A DNA stretch of 63,945 nt, filler included. It is 4 parts of 4 records of this genome, joined end to end, with 100 filler letters (N's around TTAATTAATTAA, not from the genome) between each part and the next. Parts side by side here need not be neighbours in the genome. Positions count along the whole stretch, not along the records: positions 12,349 to 36,702 come from SRR20825019_1679; 3 more parts are not named here. One strand, 5' to 3'. Below, one piece after another: positions 20,764-31,522 of this stretch (its first letter is position 1; every line of letters begins with the position of its first letter). Made by a program: the position numbers and the translations under genes. The notes beneath the pieces are model-generated. The model saw only the letters and a program-made list of their open reading frames with translations. It was not told where the DNA came from and did no database searches.

Positions 20764-20792
20764 CTTGCGGCCCTATGCTCCCGACCCTATAT
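20764..20792 (+). promoter_or_regulatory. RpoH (sigma32)-type promoter of dnaK
   Basis: CTTG-N18-CCTATAT, the alphaproteobacterial heat-shock consensus. Confidence 0.7.
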
Positions 20793-20923
20793 AGGCGCAG
20801 AAAGACGCTGAAAGCCGGACGTTTTGGCCAGAAGCGATGGAACAAAAAACATGAACCCAAAGAGGCTGTGAAACGGGTGCCATCTGGGCCCAAGCAGTCG
20901 GCTTGACGAAGGGAAAAGGTAAT

Positions 20924-22846
20924 ATGGGTAAAGTAATCGGTATCGATCTGGGTACGACAAACTCCTGCGTATCCATTATGGACGGGTCCAAACCAAAAGT
21001 TATTGAAAACTCTGAAGGCGCGCGTACCACGCCGTCTATCGTGGGTTTCACCGACGGTGGCGAACGCCTTGTTGGCCAGGCTGCAAAACGCCAGGCCGTA
21101 ACAAATGCCACAGACACTCTTTTTGCCATCAAGCGCCTGATTGGCCGCACATTTGATGACCCAACCACGCAAAAAGATAAAGGCATGGTGCCTTACAATA
21201 TCGTGAAAGCCGACAACGGCGACGCATGGGTAGAAGCCAAGGGTGAGAAATACTCCCCAAGCCAGGTTTCCGCGATGATCCTTCAAAAAATGAAGGAAAC
21301 CGCAGAAAGCTACCTCGGCGAAGACGTTGACCAGGCTGTGATCACGGTGCCTGCATATTTCAACGATGCGCAGCGCCAGGCGACAAAAGACGCCGGCAAG
21401 ATCGCGGGCCTTGAGGTTCTGCGTATCATCAACGAACCAACCGCAGCAGCGCTTGCTTACGGCCTTGAAAAAGAAGAAGGCCACACGATTGCAGTGTTTG
21501 ACCTTGGCGGTGGTACGTTTGACGTATCCGTGCTTGAAATCGGTGACGGTGTGTTTGAAGTGAAATCCACAAACGGGGACACCTTCCTCGGTGGTGAAGA
21601 CTTTGACATGCGCCTTGTTGATTATCTGGCCGAAGAGTTCAAAAAAGAGAACGGCATCGACCTCAAAGGCGACCGCATGGCGCTTCAGCGCCTGAAGGAA
21701 GCTGCAGAGAAAGCCAAGATCGAGCTTTCCTCTTCAACACAAACTGAAGTGAACCTGCCGTTCATCACCGCAGATGCTTCCGGCCCGAAACACCTTCAGA
21801 TCAAACTGACACGTGCGAAGCTTGAAAGCCTTGTGGAAGATCTGGTGAAGCGCACGCTTGAGCCTTGTAAAAAAGCGCTTAAGGATGCGGGCCTCTCTGC
21901 TGGCGAGATCGACGACGTTGTGCTTGTTGGTGGTCAGACCCGGATGCCGAAGATCCAGGAAGTGGTGAAAGAGTTCTTTGGCCGCGAACCACATAAGGGT
22001 GTGAACCCTGATGAAGTGGTAGCCATGGGTGCTGCAATTCAGGCTGGTGTTCTGCAAGGCGACGTGAAAGATGTTCTGCTTCTTGACGTAACCCCGCTGT
22101 CACTCGGTATTGAGACACTTGGCGGTGTGTTCACACGCCTGATCGAGCGGAACACTACAATCCCGACCAAGAAGGCTCAGGTCTTCTCAACGGCGGAAGA
22201 CAACCAGGGTGCGGTAACCATCCGTGTCTTCCAGGGCGAACGCGAAATGGCGGCGGATAACAAGCTCCTTGGTCAGTTTGACCTTGTGGGTATCCCGTCC
22301 GCCCCGCGCGGTGTACCGCAAATTGAGGTGGCCTTTGATATTGACGCGAACGGTATCGTAAACGTGTCTGCAAAAGATAAAGGCACCGGCAAAGAGCAGC
22401 AGATCCGCATTCAGGCATCTGGTGGTCTCTCCGATGCTGATATCGAGCAGATGGTCAAGGATGCGGAAGCTAACGCTGACGCAGACAAGAAGCGCAAGGA
22501 ACTTGTTGAAGCCAAAAACCAGGCTGAAGCACTGATCCATTCGGCTGAGAAAAACCTTGAAGAGCACAAGGACAAAGTTACGGATACAGACAAAGCCGCG
22601 ATTGAGGCCGCTGTGACCGAGCTGAAATCTGCCCTTGAAGGTGATGAGCCCGATGAGATCAAGCAGAAAACCGAAGTGCTTGCACAGGCAACCATGAAAC
22701 TTGGTGAGCAGATCTACAAAGCTGGCCAGGAAGAAGGCGCGTCCGACGCAGAGCAGGCTGACGCTGCAGCGAAAGCTGCGGAAGAAGGCGATGACGACAT
22801 TGTGGACGCAGACTTTGAAGAAGTCGAAGAAAACGACAAGAAATAA
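20924..22846 (+). CDS. dnaK: Chaperone DnaK
   Basis: [26 protein letters not shown]; start MGKVIG at 20924. Confidence 0.98.
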   Translation: MGKVIGIDLGTTNSCVSIMDGSKPKVIENSEGARTTPSIVGFTDGGERLVGQAAKRQAVTNATDTLFAIKRLIGRTFDDPTTQKDKGMVPYNIVKADNGDAWVEAKGEKYSPSQVSAMILQKMKETAESYLGEDVDQAVITVPAYFNDAQRQATKDAGKIAGLEVLRIINEPTAAALAYGLEKEEGHTIAVFDLGGGTFDVSVLEIGDGVFEVKSTNGDTFLGGEDFDMRLVDYLAEEFKKENGIDLKGDRMALQRLKEAAEKAKIELSSSTQTEVNLPFITADASGPKHLQIKLTRAKLESLVEDLVKRTLEPCKKALKDAGLSAGEIDDVVLVGGQTRMPKIQEVVKEFFGREPHKGVNPDEVVAMGAAIQAGVLQGDVKDVLLLDVTPLSLGIETLGGVFTRLIERNTTIPTKKAQVFSTAEDNQGAVTIRVFQGEREMAADNKLLGQFDLVGIPSAPRGVPQIEVAFDIDANGIVNVSAKDKGTGKEQQIRIQASGGLSDADIEQMVKDAEANADADKKRKELVEAKNQAEALIHSAEKNLEEHKDKVTDTDKAAIEAAVTELKSALEGDEPDEIKQKTEVLAQATMKLGEQIYKAGQEEGASDAEQADAAAKAAEEGDDDIVDADFEEVEENDKK

Positions 22847-22975
22847 GATGGCTGCCTGACGCCATACCAATTTGGGCGCCGCCTCCCACAAGACTGTGGC
22901 GGGCGGCGTACCATTTTAAGCCAAGCGCGATGCTAGGTTTTGGTATGACGGGGCAAAAAGCGCGGGGAGCCGTTT

Positions 22976-24121
22976 ATGTCGAAACAAGATTATTACGAGC
23001 TTTTAGGTGTTGGCAAAGACGCTGACGAAACAACGCTGAAAAAGGCGTTTCGTAAGCAGGCGATGCAATACCACCCGGACAAAAATCCGGGTGATGCCGA
23101 AGCCGAGAAGAAATTCAAGGAAATCGGCGAGGCTTATGACGTCCTCAAAGACCCGGAAAAGCGTGCGGCTTATGACCGGTACGGCCATGCAGCATTTGAG
23201 CATGGCATGGGCGGCGGTGGCCGCGGTGGTCATGGCGGCGCAGGTTTTGATTTTTCAGATGTCTTTGAAGAGTTTTTTGGCGATTTCATGGGCGGCGGTG
23301 GCCGCAGGCGCCGTGGCGGTGGTGCCGCAGCCGGGCGCGGTAATGACCTGCGCTTCAATATGGAAATCAACCTCGAGGACGCTTACCGGGGCAAAACCGA
23401 TCAGATCCGCGTGCCCACTTCGGTTCCGTGTGAACCTTGTAGTGGCTCAGGCGCTGAACCTGGCTCCAAACCCGAGGTGTGTGACACCTGTGGTGGTGCG
23501 GGTAAGGTTCGGGCAAGCCAGGGCTTTTTCATGGTGGAACGCACCTGCCCTAAATGCCACGGCAACGGCAGTGTGATCCTGAACCCTTGCCGGTCGTGCT
23601 CAGGTGCTGGTCGTGTTCGCAAGGAAAAAACACTTCAGGTTAAAATCCCGCAAGGGGTTGAAGAAGGCACCCGTATTCGTCTTGCAGGCGAAGGTGAAGC
23701 TGGCTCGCGTGGTGCACCGCCCGGTGACCTCTATATCTTCCTCTCCATCCGACCACACCCGCTCTTCAAGCGGGACGGTGACATGCTCTATTGTCAGGTG
23801 CCTATCCCGATGTCGACAGCCACGCTTGGTGGTGACATCGAGGTGCCAACCATTGAAGGCAAACGCGCCCGCATCAAGGTGCCGGACGGCACGCAAAGTG
23901 GCCGCCAGTTCCGCCTTCGCGGCAAAGGCATGCCAGAGCTGAATGGTGGTTTCACGGGTGATATGATCATTGAAACTGTGGTGGAAACGCCGACCAACTT
24001 GTCCAAACGCCAGCGCGAGTTGATGGAAGAGTTTGCCGCTGAAGGTGGTGACAGTGTTTCACCGCGCTCGGAAGGTTTCTTCTCCAAGGTCAAGGACCTT
24101 TGGGATGACCTGACGGAATAG
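22976..24121 (+). CDS. dnaJ: Chaperone DnaJ
   Basis: HPD J-domain, G/F region, four CxxCxGxG repeats. Confidence 0.98.
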   Translation: MSKQDYYELLGVGKDADETTLKKAFRKQAMQYHPDKNPGDAEAEKKFKEIGEAYDVLKDPEKRAAYDRYGHAAFEHGMGGGGRGGHGGAGFDFSDVFEEFFGDFMGGGGRRRRGGGAAAGRGNDLRFNMEINLEDAYRGKTDQIRVPTSVPCEPCSGSGAEPGSKPEVCDTCGGAGKVRASQGFFMVERTCPKCHGNGSVILNPCRSCSGAGRVRKEKTLQVKIPQGVEEGTRIRLAGEGEAGSRGAPPGDLYIFLSIRPHPLFKRDGDMLYCQVPIPMSTATLGGDIEVPTIEGKRARIKVPDGTQSGRQFRLRGKGMPELNGGFTGDMIIETVVETPTNLSKRQRELMEEFAAEGGDSVSPRSEGFFSKVKDLWDDLTE

Positions 24122-24149
24122 GCTGGGTTTTAAGCTAAATTCTAATGGG

Positions 24150-24186
24150 AGCCGCGTTGCCTGTACCAGGGTTGCGCGGCTTTTTT
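24150..24186 (+). terminator. Intrinsic terminator after dnaJ
   Basis: AGCCGCG...CGCGGCTTTTTT. Confidence 0.6.
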
Positions 24187-24187
24187 A

Positions 24188-24793
24188 TCAGCCGACGTAG
24201 AGGGAGAGCATCCGCGCCATTTCCAGAATCAGCGTTTCTGCGGTGTCCTCATCATCTTCCTCAATCGCCTGGTCGATCAACACAGAAAGTGTGGTGACAA
24301 TGGTGCGCAGCATCGCTTCGCGCCGGTCATCGGGCAATGTGACACCTGCGATCTCAAGCGTTTTGATAACCAGTTGCCCAAGGCTGCTTTCAGGGCCGGG
24401 TGTTGCATCCCAAAGGGACCGTTGGCTGTTGGCCCAGCGTGTGAGCGGACGAAAAGTTTTGTGGGCACGCGCGGCTTGCCAAAAGGCACGGACCAGTCGT
24501 TCATGTGTTTCCTTGAAACCCAGCCCGTGCTCGATGCCAACCATAACGGTGACGACCTCGCCTTCCACCTCGCCATAGGCGGTGTCATAAAGCGTTGAGA
24601 TCACATCGTCTTTATCTTCGAAATACTGGTAGATCGAACCGACAGGAATTTCGGCGGCTTGTGCGATTGTGGTCGTGGTTACAGACTGTGGCCCACCTTC
24701 CAGCAACAAAGCTTCCGCCGCAGACAAAATCTTGTCGCGGCGCTCAATCGCGCGTGCCTGCGTAGGCAGCTTTTTAGGTGTTCTCGGTTTCAC
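24188..24793 (-). CDS. TetR-family transcriptional regulator
   Basis: PTQARA..ILSAAEALL..TTTTIAQAAEIPVGSIYQYFEDK HTH. Confidence 0.9.
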   Translation of the reverse strand: MKPRTPKKLPTQARAIERRDKILSAAEALLLEGGPQSVTTTTIAQAAEIPVGSIYQYFEDKDDVISTLYDTAYGEVEGEVVTVMVGIEHGLGFKETHERLVRAFWQAARAHKTFRPLTRWANSQRSLWDATPGPESSLGQLVIKTLEIAGVTLPDDRREAMLRTIVTTLSVLIDQAIEEDDEDTAETLILEMARMLSLYVG

Positions 24794-24986
24794 GAAGGCT
24801 CCAGCAACCCGGGTACGGTTTTATTCTTAGCTTCATATGCCACCATAGTCCAATAATGAGAAAATGAAAGAATTTCACTTTTTCTTGACGAACGATTATG
24901 ATGAGCGCATGATCAATACTGAAATTAATGGATTCCATTGATGGATGAGTGATGGATATCCAGGGCGGAAGCCTTAGGGGGAAACA

Positions 24987-26219
24987 ATGAAGAAACTGAT
25001 TATCGCATTTTTTGTGCTCGCATTTGGCACGGCTGGCGCGCCGGCATTCTCGCAGCAGGTTATCGAAATCGAGCCGGGTGAGAATGTTCAGGAAGCGCTG
25101 CAGGAAGCTCTTATCCTGGCAGAACCGGGCAGCACTATTGAGCTGAAGGCCGGATTTTATGAGCTGACAAACGCACTTTCCCTTGATGTGCCGAATGTGA
25201 CCATTCGCGGTGCGGGTATGAATGAGACGGTACTGTCGTTTAAGAACCAGATCAGCGGTTCCGAAGGCCTTCTTATTACCTCTGACGGCGTGCGCGTTGA
25301 AGCGCTTGCGGTTGAGGATACGCCCGGCGACGGCATTAAAGCCAAAGGCGTAGACCAGATCTCCTTCATTAATGTGCGGGTTGAATGGACCCGCGGGCCA
25401 CACCCTGAAAACGGGGCTTATGGCCTTTATCCGGTCGAATCCAAAAATGTCCTGATCGACGGCGCTGTCGTGAAAGGCTGCTCTGACGCAGGCATCTATG
25501 TTGGTCAAAGCCAGGACATCATCGTGCGCAACAGCCGCGCGGAATTGAATGTGGCTGGTATCGAAATCGAGAACAGCTACCGCGCAGATGTTTATAATAA
25601 TGTCGCCACCCACAACACAGGCGGCATATTGGTGTTTGACCTTCCCAACCTGCCGCAAATGGGCGGGCATTCGGTGCGGGTGTTTGGCAACACGGTTGTG
25701 GCGAATGACACACCAAATTTCGCGCCCCCCGGCAACATCATCGCAACCGTTCCCATGGGCACCGGCATCATGGTGATGGCGAACCGTGAGATTGAAATTT
25801 TTGACAATGAGCTCAGCGAAAATGCTTCAACCAACATCCTGTTGGCCGCATACCCGCGCGAATATAATGACCCGACCTATAATCCGCTGCCGCGCGCTAT
25901 CTATGTGCACGACAACAAACACGGGCGCGCAGGTTATAACCCAGATGGTGCGGTCAAGGACCTGATTGCACCTGCTACCGGCATGCCGGTCCCCCAAATT
26001 GTGTGGGACGGTGCGGTTGACGGTGTCTGGGCGGCCTTCTTTGGCCCGGATGATGATCAGGCAATTTATATCCGCGAGCCAGAAGGCACCACTTTTGCCA
26101 ACCTGCAGTTCGTGAAAGATATGGTGCTGCCGTGGGGGGCGTCACCTGACACGGATATCAAAAACTATGATGGCTCTTTCCCCTCCCGCGAGCCGATTAG
26201 CCTGCCGCAGGAACAATAA
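24987..26219 (+). CDS. Secreted parallel beta-helix protein (TIGR03805-like)
   Basis: Signal peptide; GAYGLYPV, SDAGIYVGQS, NVAGIEIENS, NTGGILVFDLP. Confidence 0.85.
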   Translation: MKKLIIAFFVLAFGTAGAPAFSQQVIEIEPGENVQEALQEALILAEPGSTIELKAGFYELTNALSLDVPNVTIRGAGMNETVLSFKNQISGSEGLLITSDGVRVEALAVEDTPGDGIKAKGVDQISFINVRVEWTRGPHPENGAYGLYPVESKNVLIDGAVVKGCSDAGIYVGQSQDIIVRNSRAELNVAGIEIENSYRADVYNNVATHNTGGILVFDLPNLPQMGGHSVRVFGNTVVANDTPNFAPPGNIIATVPMGTGIMVMANREIEIFDNELSENASTNILLAAYPREYNDPTYNPLPRAIYVHDNKHGRAGYNPDGAVKDLIAPATGMPVPQIVWDGAVDGVWAAFFGPDDDQAIYIREPEGTTFANLQFVKDMVLPWGASPDTDIKNYDGSFPSREPISLPQEQ

Positions 26220-26256
26220 GCGGCACGTTTAAAACAGGAGATAAGGAGAGCTGCCA

Positions 26257-27321
26257 TTGTTCAGACGTGTTTTGAGTAAGCTTGTTTTTGGCCTTTGTTC
26301 GCTTGTCGTAATCACGGCTGTACCGGCGGGTGCAGAGGTCAATGATGCCGCGCTCATGAGCGCGCGGCCCGCTAAACTATTATCTGAATATGGTCTGTTT
26401 TCTGATGCTGTGCATCAGGCCCCGGCAGAGGGGGTGGTGCCCTACGATCTTATCACCCCTCTGTTTACCGACTATGCGCACAAATACCGTTTTGTTTATG
26501 TGCCAAAGGGCCAGAAGGCCGTTTATAATGACGCTGAAGCCTTTGAGTTCCCTGTTGGCACCACACTGATCAAAACCTTTGCCTACCCGGCTGACTTCCG
26601 TGAGCCATCCAAAAGCGTCCGCATTATCGAGACCCGCCTTCTGATCCATCAGGAAAAGGGCTGGAACGCCTGGGCTTATGTTTGGGACGAAGAAAAGCAG
26701 GACGGTGTTTTGAAGGTGGCGGGGAAAACGCTTCCCGTTGCGTGGACCGATAAAGCGGGTGCTTCTCGGCAAACCAATTATGTGGTGCCGAACAAGAACC
26801 AGTGCAAAGGCTGCCACACGTTCAATAAAGAATTCACACCCATTGGCCCGAAGGCCAGAAACCTCAACAAAACCTACCCTTATGAGGGCGGCGCAGCCAA
26901 CCAGCTTGCATATTGGAGTGAAGCGGGAATCCTCACGGGCGCACCAGCACATGAGGATGCGCCAAAAGTACCAGCGATGGATGATGAAAGCGCGGACCTG
27001 AACGCCCGCGCCCGCGCCTATCTTGATATCAACTGCGCGCATTGCCACCGGCTTGAAGGGCCAGCGTCAACATCCGGCCTGTTCCTCACCTGGGCAGAAG
27101 ATAACAAAACCGCATGGGGATATAAAAAGCGCCCCGTGGCGGCGGGCCGTGGCTCTGGCGGGTTTGACTATGACATTATGCCCGGCAAGCCCGAGCAATC
27201 GATCTTGATCCACAGGCTTAAGTCCACCGATCCCGGCGTCATGATGCCGGAAGTGGGCCGAACCACTGTGCATGAAGAAGGTATTAACCTGTTGAAAGAA
27301 TGGATTAACAGTATTGAGTGA
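26257..27321 (+). CDS. SO2930-family diheme c-type cytochrome (TIGR03806-like)
   Basis: PLFTDYAHKYRF, IETRLL, CKGCH and CAHCH heme motifs, MPEVGR; TTG start with AGGAG upstream. Confidence 0.85.
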   Translation: MFRRVLSKLVFGLCSLVVITAVPAGAEVNDAALMSARPAKLLSEYGLFSDAVHQAPAEGVVPYDLITPLFTDYAHKYRFVYVPKGQKAVYNDAEAFEFPVGTTLIKTFAYPADFREPSKSVRIIETRLLIHQEKGWNAWAYVWDEEKQDGVLKVAGKTLPVAWTDKAGASRQTNYVVPNKNQCKGCHTFNKEFTPIGPKARNLNKTYPYEGGAANQLAYWSEAGILTGAPAHEDAPKVPAMDDESADLNARARAYLDINCAHCHRLEGPASTSGLFLTWAEDNKTAWGYKKRPVAAGRGSGGFDYDIMPGKPEQSILIHRLKSTDPGVMMPEVGRTTVHEEGINLLKEWINSIE

Positions 27322-27446
27322 TAGTTGCGTAGTGACATTTTGAGGCGGCATGTGCCCGTTGCCAAACAAGGCAATGGGCGAACTGCCGTTTGGGGTCGTA
27401 AACGCGGTGGCAGCCAGACCACTGCTCGAAAGGGAGGGGAGCCCAT

Positions 27447-30176
27447 ATGTGTACTAAACGTTTTAAGAAGACCTTGATGCTTGGTGTCAGCGTTGGGGTC
27501 GTGTGTGGTCTAGCAGCACCCGCAAACGCACAAGACGAAACCAGCGAGGACATGTTCTCGCTTGAGGAAATTACCATCACCGCGCAAAAGCGCGAGCAGT
27601 CCGCTCAGGATGTACCCATCACGCTTAACGCCTTTTCAGGCGATTTTCTTCAAAATGTCGGCGCGGAAGACCTGCGTGATATTTCAACCTATACGCCCGG
27701 CCTTGAAATCAGCGGTGTGACGCAGCCGAGCTTCCGCCTGCGCGGCGTTCAGACCAGTGATTTTGGTGTTGGGACAGACCCGGCCGTTGGTGTGTTTATC
27801 GACGGTGTTTATGCCTCTCGTTCCGGTGCGGGCATCATCTTCTTCTCGGATATCGAGCGTGTTGAAGTGCTGAAAGGCCCGCAAGGCACATTGTTTGGTC
27901 GTAACACAGCGGCGGGGGCCATCTCTGTCATCACCCGCAAGCCGGTGATCGGTGAAACCGAGGCGCAAGTGCGGCTCAGGTACGGCCGGTTCGACAAGCA
28001 GCAGTTTGACGGCATGCTTAACCTGCCACTGACGGACACTGTCGCCATGCGGGCCAACTTCCTGATCAACAAGCAGGACGGGTATGTGAAAGACGCTGTC
28101 ACGGGCGATGATTATGGCCGTGAAGAAAACGTCACCGGCCGCTTGCAGTTCCGGTGGGAGCCATCAGACCGGACAACTGTCAATCTGGCGTATGAATTTG
28201 ATCATACGGAACAGGATGAGGATGAACCGCAGATCGGCGTTTCAGACGGTAGCCTGCGGGCGCCCGTTGGCGCTGAAACGGTGGGTGACCTGCCGGGGCA
28301 TGGTGATTTTCTCGCGGGCGTAGCACCACTTCTTGGCCTGCCCATCACCAAAGACACCCCGCTTGATGTGCTCTACGGTATACCGCTCGGGGCTATCTAT
28401 GGCGGTTTTGGCGCCTTTGGCTATACGCCTTCAAACCCGAATGCAGACTGGAACTTCTTCCGTGATGCTTCAAGCGTTGGTGGTGCGGACCCCTTGGGCC
28501 CGATCGCGAGCGATGTGGCAAACGGTGAAGAAAACCGCGATCTGGACGCCTTCACGCTCAATGTTACGCATGATTTTGGCTGGGCGACACTGACGTCCCT
28601 GTCCGCGTTCAAGAAGTTCTCCACCAACAATCTGGAAGAAGAGGACGGCACAGCCGACCCTGATTTCTATTTTGACACTAACAACGTGGAAGAGAACGAG
28701 CATTTCTATCAGGAACTGCGACTTAACGGTGTCTCTGGCGCCCTGACATGGACCGCAGGCCTCAGCTATTATTGGGAAAATGCAAAACAGCGGTCCGAAA
28801 CCCACGCCACCACGGATTCGATCGACACTGTGCTCTATAACCTTGGTGTCACGCCGGGTGTGCTGGCGGCGAGCTTTAACCCGCTTGATGGTATCAACAC
28901 GTGCGAAAGCCGGTTCCTTGACAGCCTTGGCGGTTTTATCGGTTTCAACAGCCTGCCGCTTAACTGTATCGATCCAGGCTTGCCCGGTCTCTCTCTGGAA
29001 GAGATTGCCAATCTTGGTCTGACGACCATGAGCGGCCGCACATGGACAGAAACCATGTATGGTGAGGGCACCTTCAAGGCCTATGCTGCTTTCGCGGACG
29101 TGACCTTCGCGGTGACCGACCGGTTCAACATCAACGCCGGTGCCCGTTACACCAAGGACAAGAAATCATGGGAGTGGTTCAACGACCGCCGGGAAATTTC
29201 CGGCAGTGCAAGGCTTGAAATCCCTGGCATTGGCAACCTGGCTGATATCCAGCAGCAGTTGCTCACAAGCATCTTCCAGGCTTTTGTGGGCCCAACAGCG
29301 TCGGGCGATATTGTCTTTGACGTTGGGGGCCTTGAGGGTGTTCCGCTCACGAGAGAAGAAAGCTGGGATAACTTCAGCCCCCGCATTGCGCTTGATTACC
29401 GCATCACAGACGACGCCATGCTCTATGCGTCCTACGCGCGCGGCTACAAAGCCGGTGGTTTCAACAGTGTAGAAATCAACAGCTACTTCGATAATGAGAA
29501 GGTCTGGAACGTTGAAGCCGGCCTCAAATCCCAGTGGTTTGATAACCGCGTCAGGTTCAACATTGCGGGCTGGAAGTATAAATATAACGACAAACAGTCG
29601 ATCCGTCTTGTGGAGGTCGATGCCTCAAGCGTGCCGCGCTATGTGACCCAAAACCAGGATGTATCGGGTAAAGGTATCGACGTGGAACTGCTGTGGGCAC
29701 CTGTTGCGGGCCTGCGGTTCTTCGCGAACGGTGGCTATCAGGACATTACCTGCACTGAGAGTTGCGGCAAATCTGCTGAAGGCGACCCCACAGGCGAACC
29801 TTCAACACGTGTATCCTTCGGTGGTGATTATACCTTTGCACTCAGCGATACGGCGGGCTCGATCACCCTCCATGCAGACCACAGCTACACAAGCGCACGC
29901 CGTGAAAACGGGGAATGTATCGCAGATGGCTCTTGTGGGACGGTGACATGGGGCAGCGTGACGTGGGAAACCGGCGAAGCTCGTAACTTCACCAACGCGC
30001 GGATCAGCTGGTCAAACCCGGACGATGATCTCAGCGTTTCCGTGTTTGCGCGCAACATTTTTGCCAACCGCTACCGTGGTGGTGCAGGTGGTCTTGCTGT
30101 TGATACCTTCGGTGCGCCCATCACGGGCATTGAAGAGCCCAGCACATGGGGTATTGACCTGACCGCGCGCTTCTAA
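27447..30176 (+). CDS. TonB-dependent receptor
   Basis: LEEITITAQKR TonB-box region, ERVEVLKGPQGTLFGRN plug motif, GYKAGGFN, C-terminal F. Confidence 0.93.
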   Translation: MCTKRFKKTLMLGVSVGVVCGLAAPANAQDETSEDMFSLEEITITAQKREQSAQDVPITLNAFSGDFLQNVGAEDLRDISTYTPGLEISGVTQPSFRLRGVQTSDFGVGTDPAVGVFIDGVYASRSGAGIIFFSDIERVEVLKGPQGTLFGRNTAAGAISVITRKPVIGETEAQVRLRYGRFDKQQFDGMLNLPLTDTVAMRANFLINKQDGYVKDAVTGDDYGREENVTGRLQFRWEPSDRTTVNLAYEFDHTEQDEDEPQIGVSDGSLRAPVGAETVGDLPGHGDFLAGVAPLLGLPITKDTPLDVLYGIPLGAIYGGFGAFGYTPSNPNADWNFFRDASSVGGADPLGPIASDVANGEENRDLDAFTLNVTHDFGWATLTSLSAFKKFSTNNLEEEDGTADPDFYFDTNNVEENEHFYQELRLNGVSGALTWTAGLSYYWENAKQRSETHATTDSIDTVLYNLGVTPGVLAASFNPLDGINTCESRFLDSLGGFIGFNSLPLNCIDPGLPGLSLEEIANLGLTTMSGRTWTETMYGEGTFKAYAAFADVTFAVTDRFNINAGARYTKDKKSWEWFNDRREISGSARLEIPGIGNLADIQQQLLTSIFQAFVGPTASGDIVFDVGGLEGVPLTREESWDNFSPRIALDYRITDDAMLYASYARGYKAGGFNSVEINSYFDNEKVWNVEAGLKSQWFDNRVRFNIAGWKYKYNDKQSIRLVEVDASSVPRYVTQNQDVSGKGIDVELLWAPVAGLRFFANGGYQDITCTESCGKSAEGDPTGEPSTRVSFGGDYTFALSDTAGSITLHADHSYTSARRENGECIADGSCGTVTWGSVTWETGEARNFTNARISWSNPDDDLSVSVFARNIFANRYRGGAGGLAVDTFGAPITGIEEPSTWGIDLTARF

Positions 30177-30200
30177 GCCTGCGCATCAGAAAAAATTGGT

Positions 30201-30230
30201 AAGGCCGGGTTTCGCCCGGCCTTTCCTTTT
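30201..30230 (+). terminator. Intrinsic terminator closing the TonB cassette
   Basis: AAGGCCGGG-tttcg-CCCGGCCTT followed by TCCTTTT. Confidence 0.75.
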
Positions 30231-30280
30231 GTGCATCCGCCTGATAGCAAAGGAAAAGCATAATTGAGCGAGAGCAAACC

Positions 30281-31075
30281 ATGGCAGATCAGGTGAAGGT
30301 TGGAATTCTTGGGGTGATGGGCCGGATGGGGCAGGCGGTGCTCAAGGCCGTTGAGGAAAATGATGATGCCAGCTTTGTTGCGGGCTGTGACCGGCCGCGG
30401 CATCCCGACATTGGCGCACCCATCACCGGCACGTCTGTGAACCTGAGCGCAACCATCGAGGATGTCTTTGAAGCCGCTGATGTGGTGATCGACTTTACCC
30501 CGCCGGGGGATACGGCGGCGCACGCGGGCCTCGCGGCCCGGCATAAAAAAGCACTGGTGGTGGGCACAACGGGGCTTTCGGGCGGCGACGAAAGCGCACT
30601 GATGATCGCAGCGGGCTCCACGCGCATCATGCAGGCAGGCAATTATTCGCAAGGTGTTAATCTCTTGATGGCTTTGGTGCGGGATGCGGCCAGCAAACTG
30701 GGGCCTGAGTGGGATATCGATATTCTCGAGATGCACCACCGGGACAAGGTGGACGCGCCGTCTGGCACCGCGCTTATGCTGGGGGATGCGGCGGCAGAGG
30801 GGCGCGGCGCATCGCTTGACGACCTGCGCACACCGGCGCGGGAAGGCCTGACCGGTGAACGCGTTGAAGGCACCATCGGTTTTGCAGCCCTCAGGGGCGG
30901 GTCGGTGATTGGAGAGCATGACGTGATTTTCGCCAGCGGTAGTGAGCGCATCACGCTTTCCCACAAAGCAGAGAACCGCAGCCTTTTTGCCGATGGTGCC
31001 GTGCGTGCAGCGCTTTGGCTTCACAGCCAGCCAAATGGCCGCTACAACATGCGCCACGTACTGGGCCTGAATTAA
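30281..31075 (+). CDS. dapB: 4-hydroxy-tetrahydrodipicolinate reductase
   Basis: GRMG, IDFT, GTTG, EMHHRDKVDAPSGTA. Confidence 0.96.
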   Translation: MADQVKVGILGVMGRMGQAVLKAVEENDDASFVAGCDRPRHPDIGAPITGTSVNLSATIEDVFEAADVVIDFTPPGDTAAHAGLAARHKKALVVGTTGLSGGDESALMIAAGSTRIMQAGNYSQGVNLLMALVRDAASKLGPEWDIDILEMHHRDKVDAPSGTALMLGDAAAEGRGASLDDLRTPAREGLTGERVEGTIGFAALRGGSVIGEHDVIFASGSERITLSHKAENRSLFADGAVRAALWLHSQPNGRYNMRHVLGLN

Positions 31076-31096
31076 TAGTCTGAGGGGGACAAGGTT

Positions 31097-31510
31097 ATGG
31101 AAGAAGCGTTGATGGCACTATGGGCCGGGCTGCCGGTATTTATGGTGCATTCGGGCACGAGCCTCGTGATCCTTCTTGTGGGTATCGCGCTTTATATGCG
31201 CCTCACCTCGCATGACGAGCTGGCGCTTATCCGCGAAGGAAATGTTGCGGCGGCGTTATCCCTTGGTGGTGCCATTGTGGGCCTCGCCCTACCAATTGCC
31301 TTCTCGCTGGCGGCTTCCGTATCGATCTGGGATCTTGTCTTCTGGGGCATTATCGCCCTTGTGCTCCAGCTTGTTGCTTTCCGCCTCGTTTCGCTTCTGC
31401 TGCCAGACCTGTCCCAGCGTATTGAAAAAAATGATATGGGCGCTGCCGTTCTGCTGGTGTCTTTCAAGCTGGCAACGGCCTTTATCAACTCGGCGGCGAT
31501 CACGGGCTAG
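31097..31510 (+). CDS. DUF350 membrane protein
   Basis: Y.RLT.HDELALIREGNVAAA motif, four TM helices. Confidence 0.82.
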   Translation: MEEALMALWAGLPVFMVHSGTSLVILLVGIALYMRLTSHDELALIREGNVAAALSLGGAIVGLALPIAFSLAASVSIWDLVFWGIIALVLQLVAFRLVSLLLPDLSQRIEKNDMGAAVLLVSFKLATAFINSAAITG

Positions 31511-31522
31511 GGACACGCCAGC

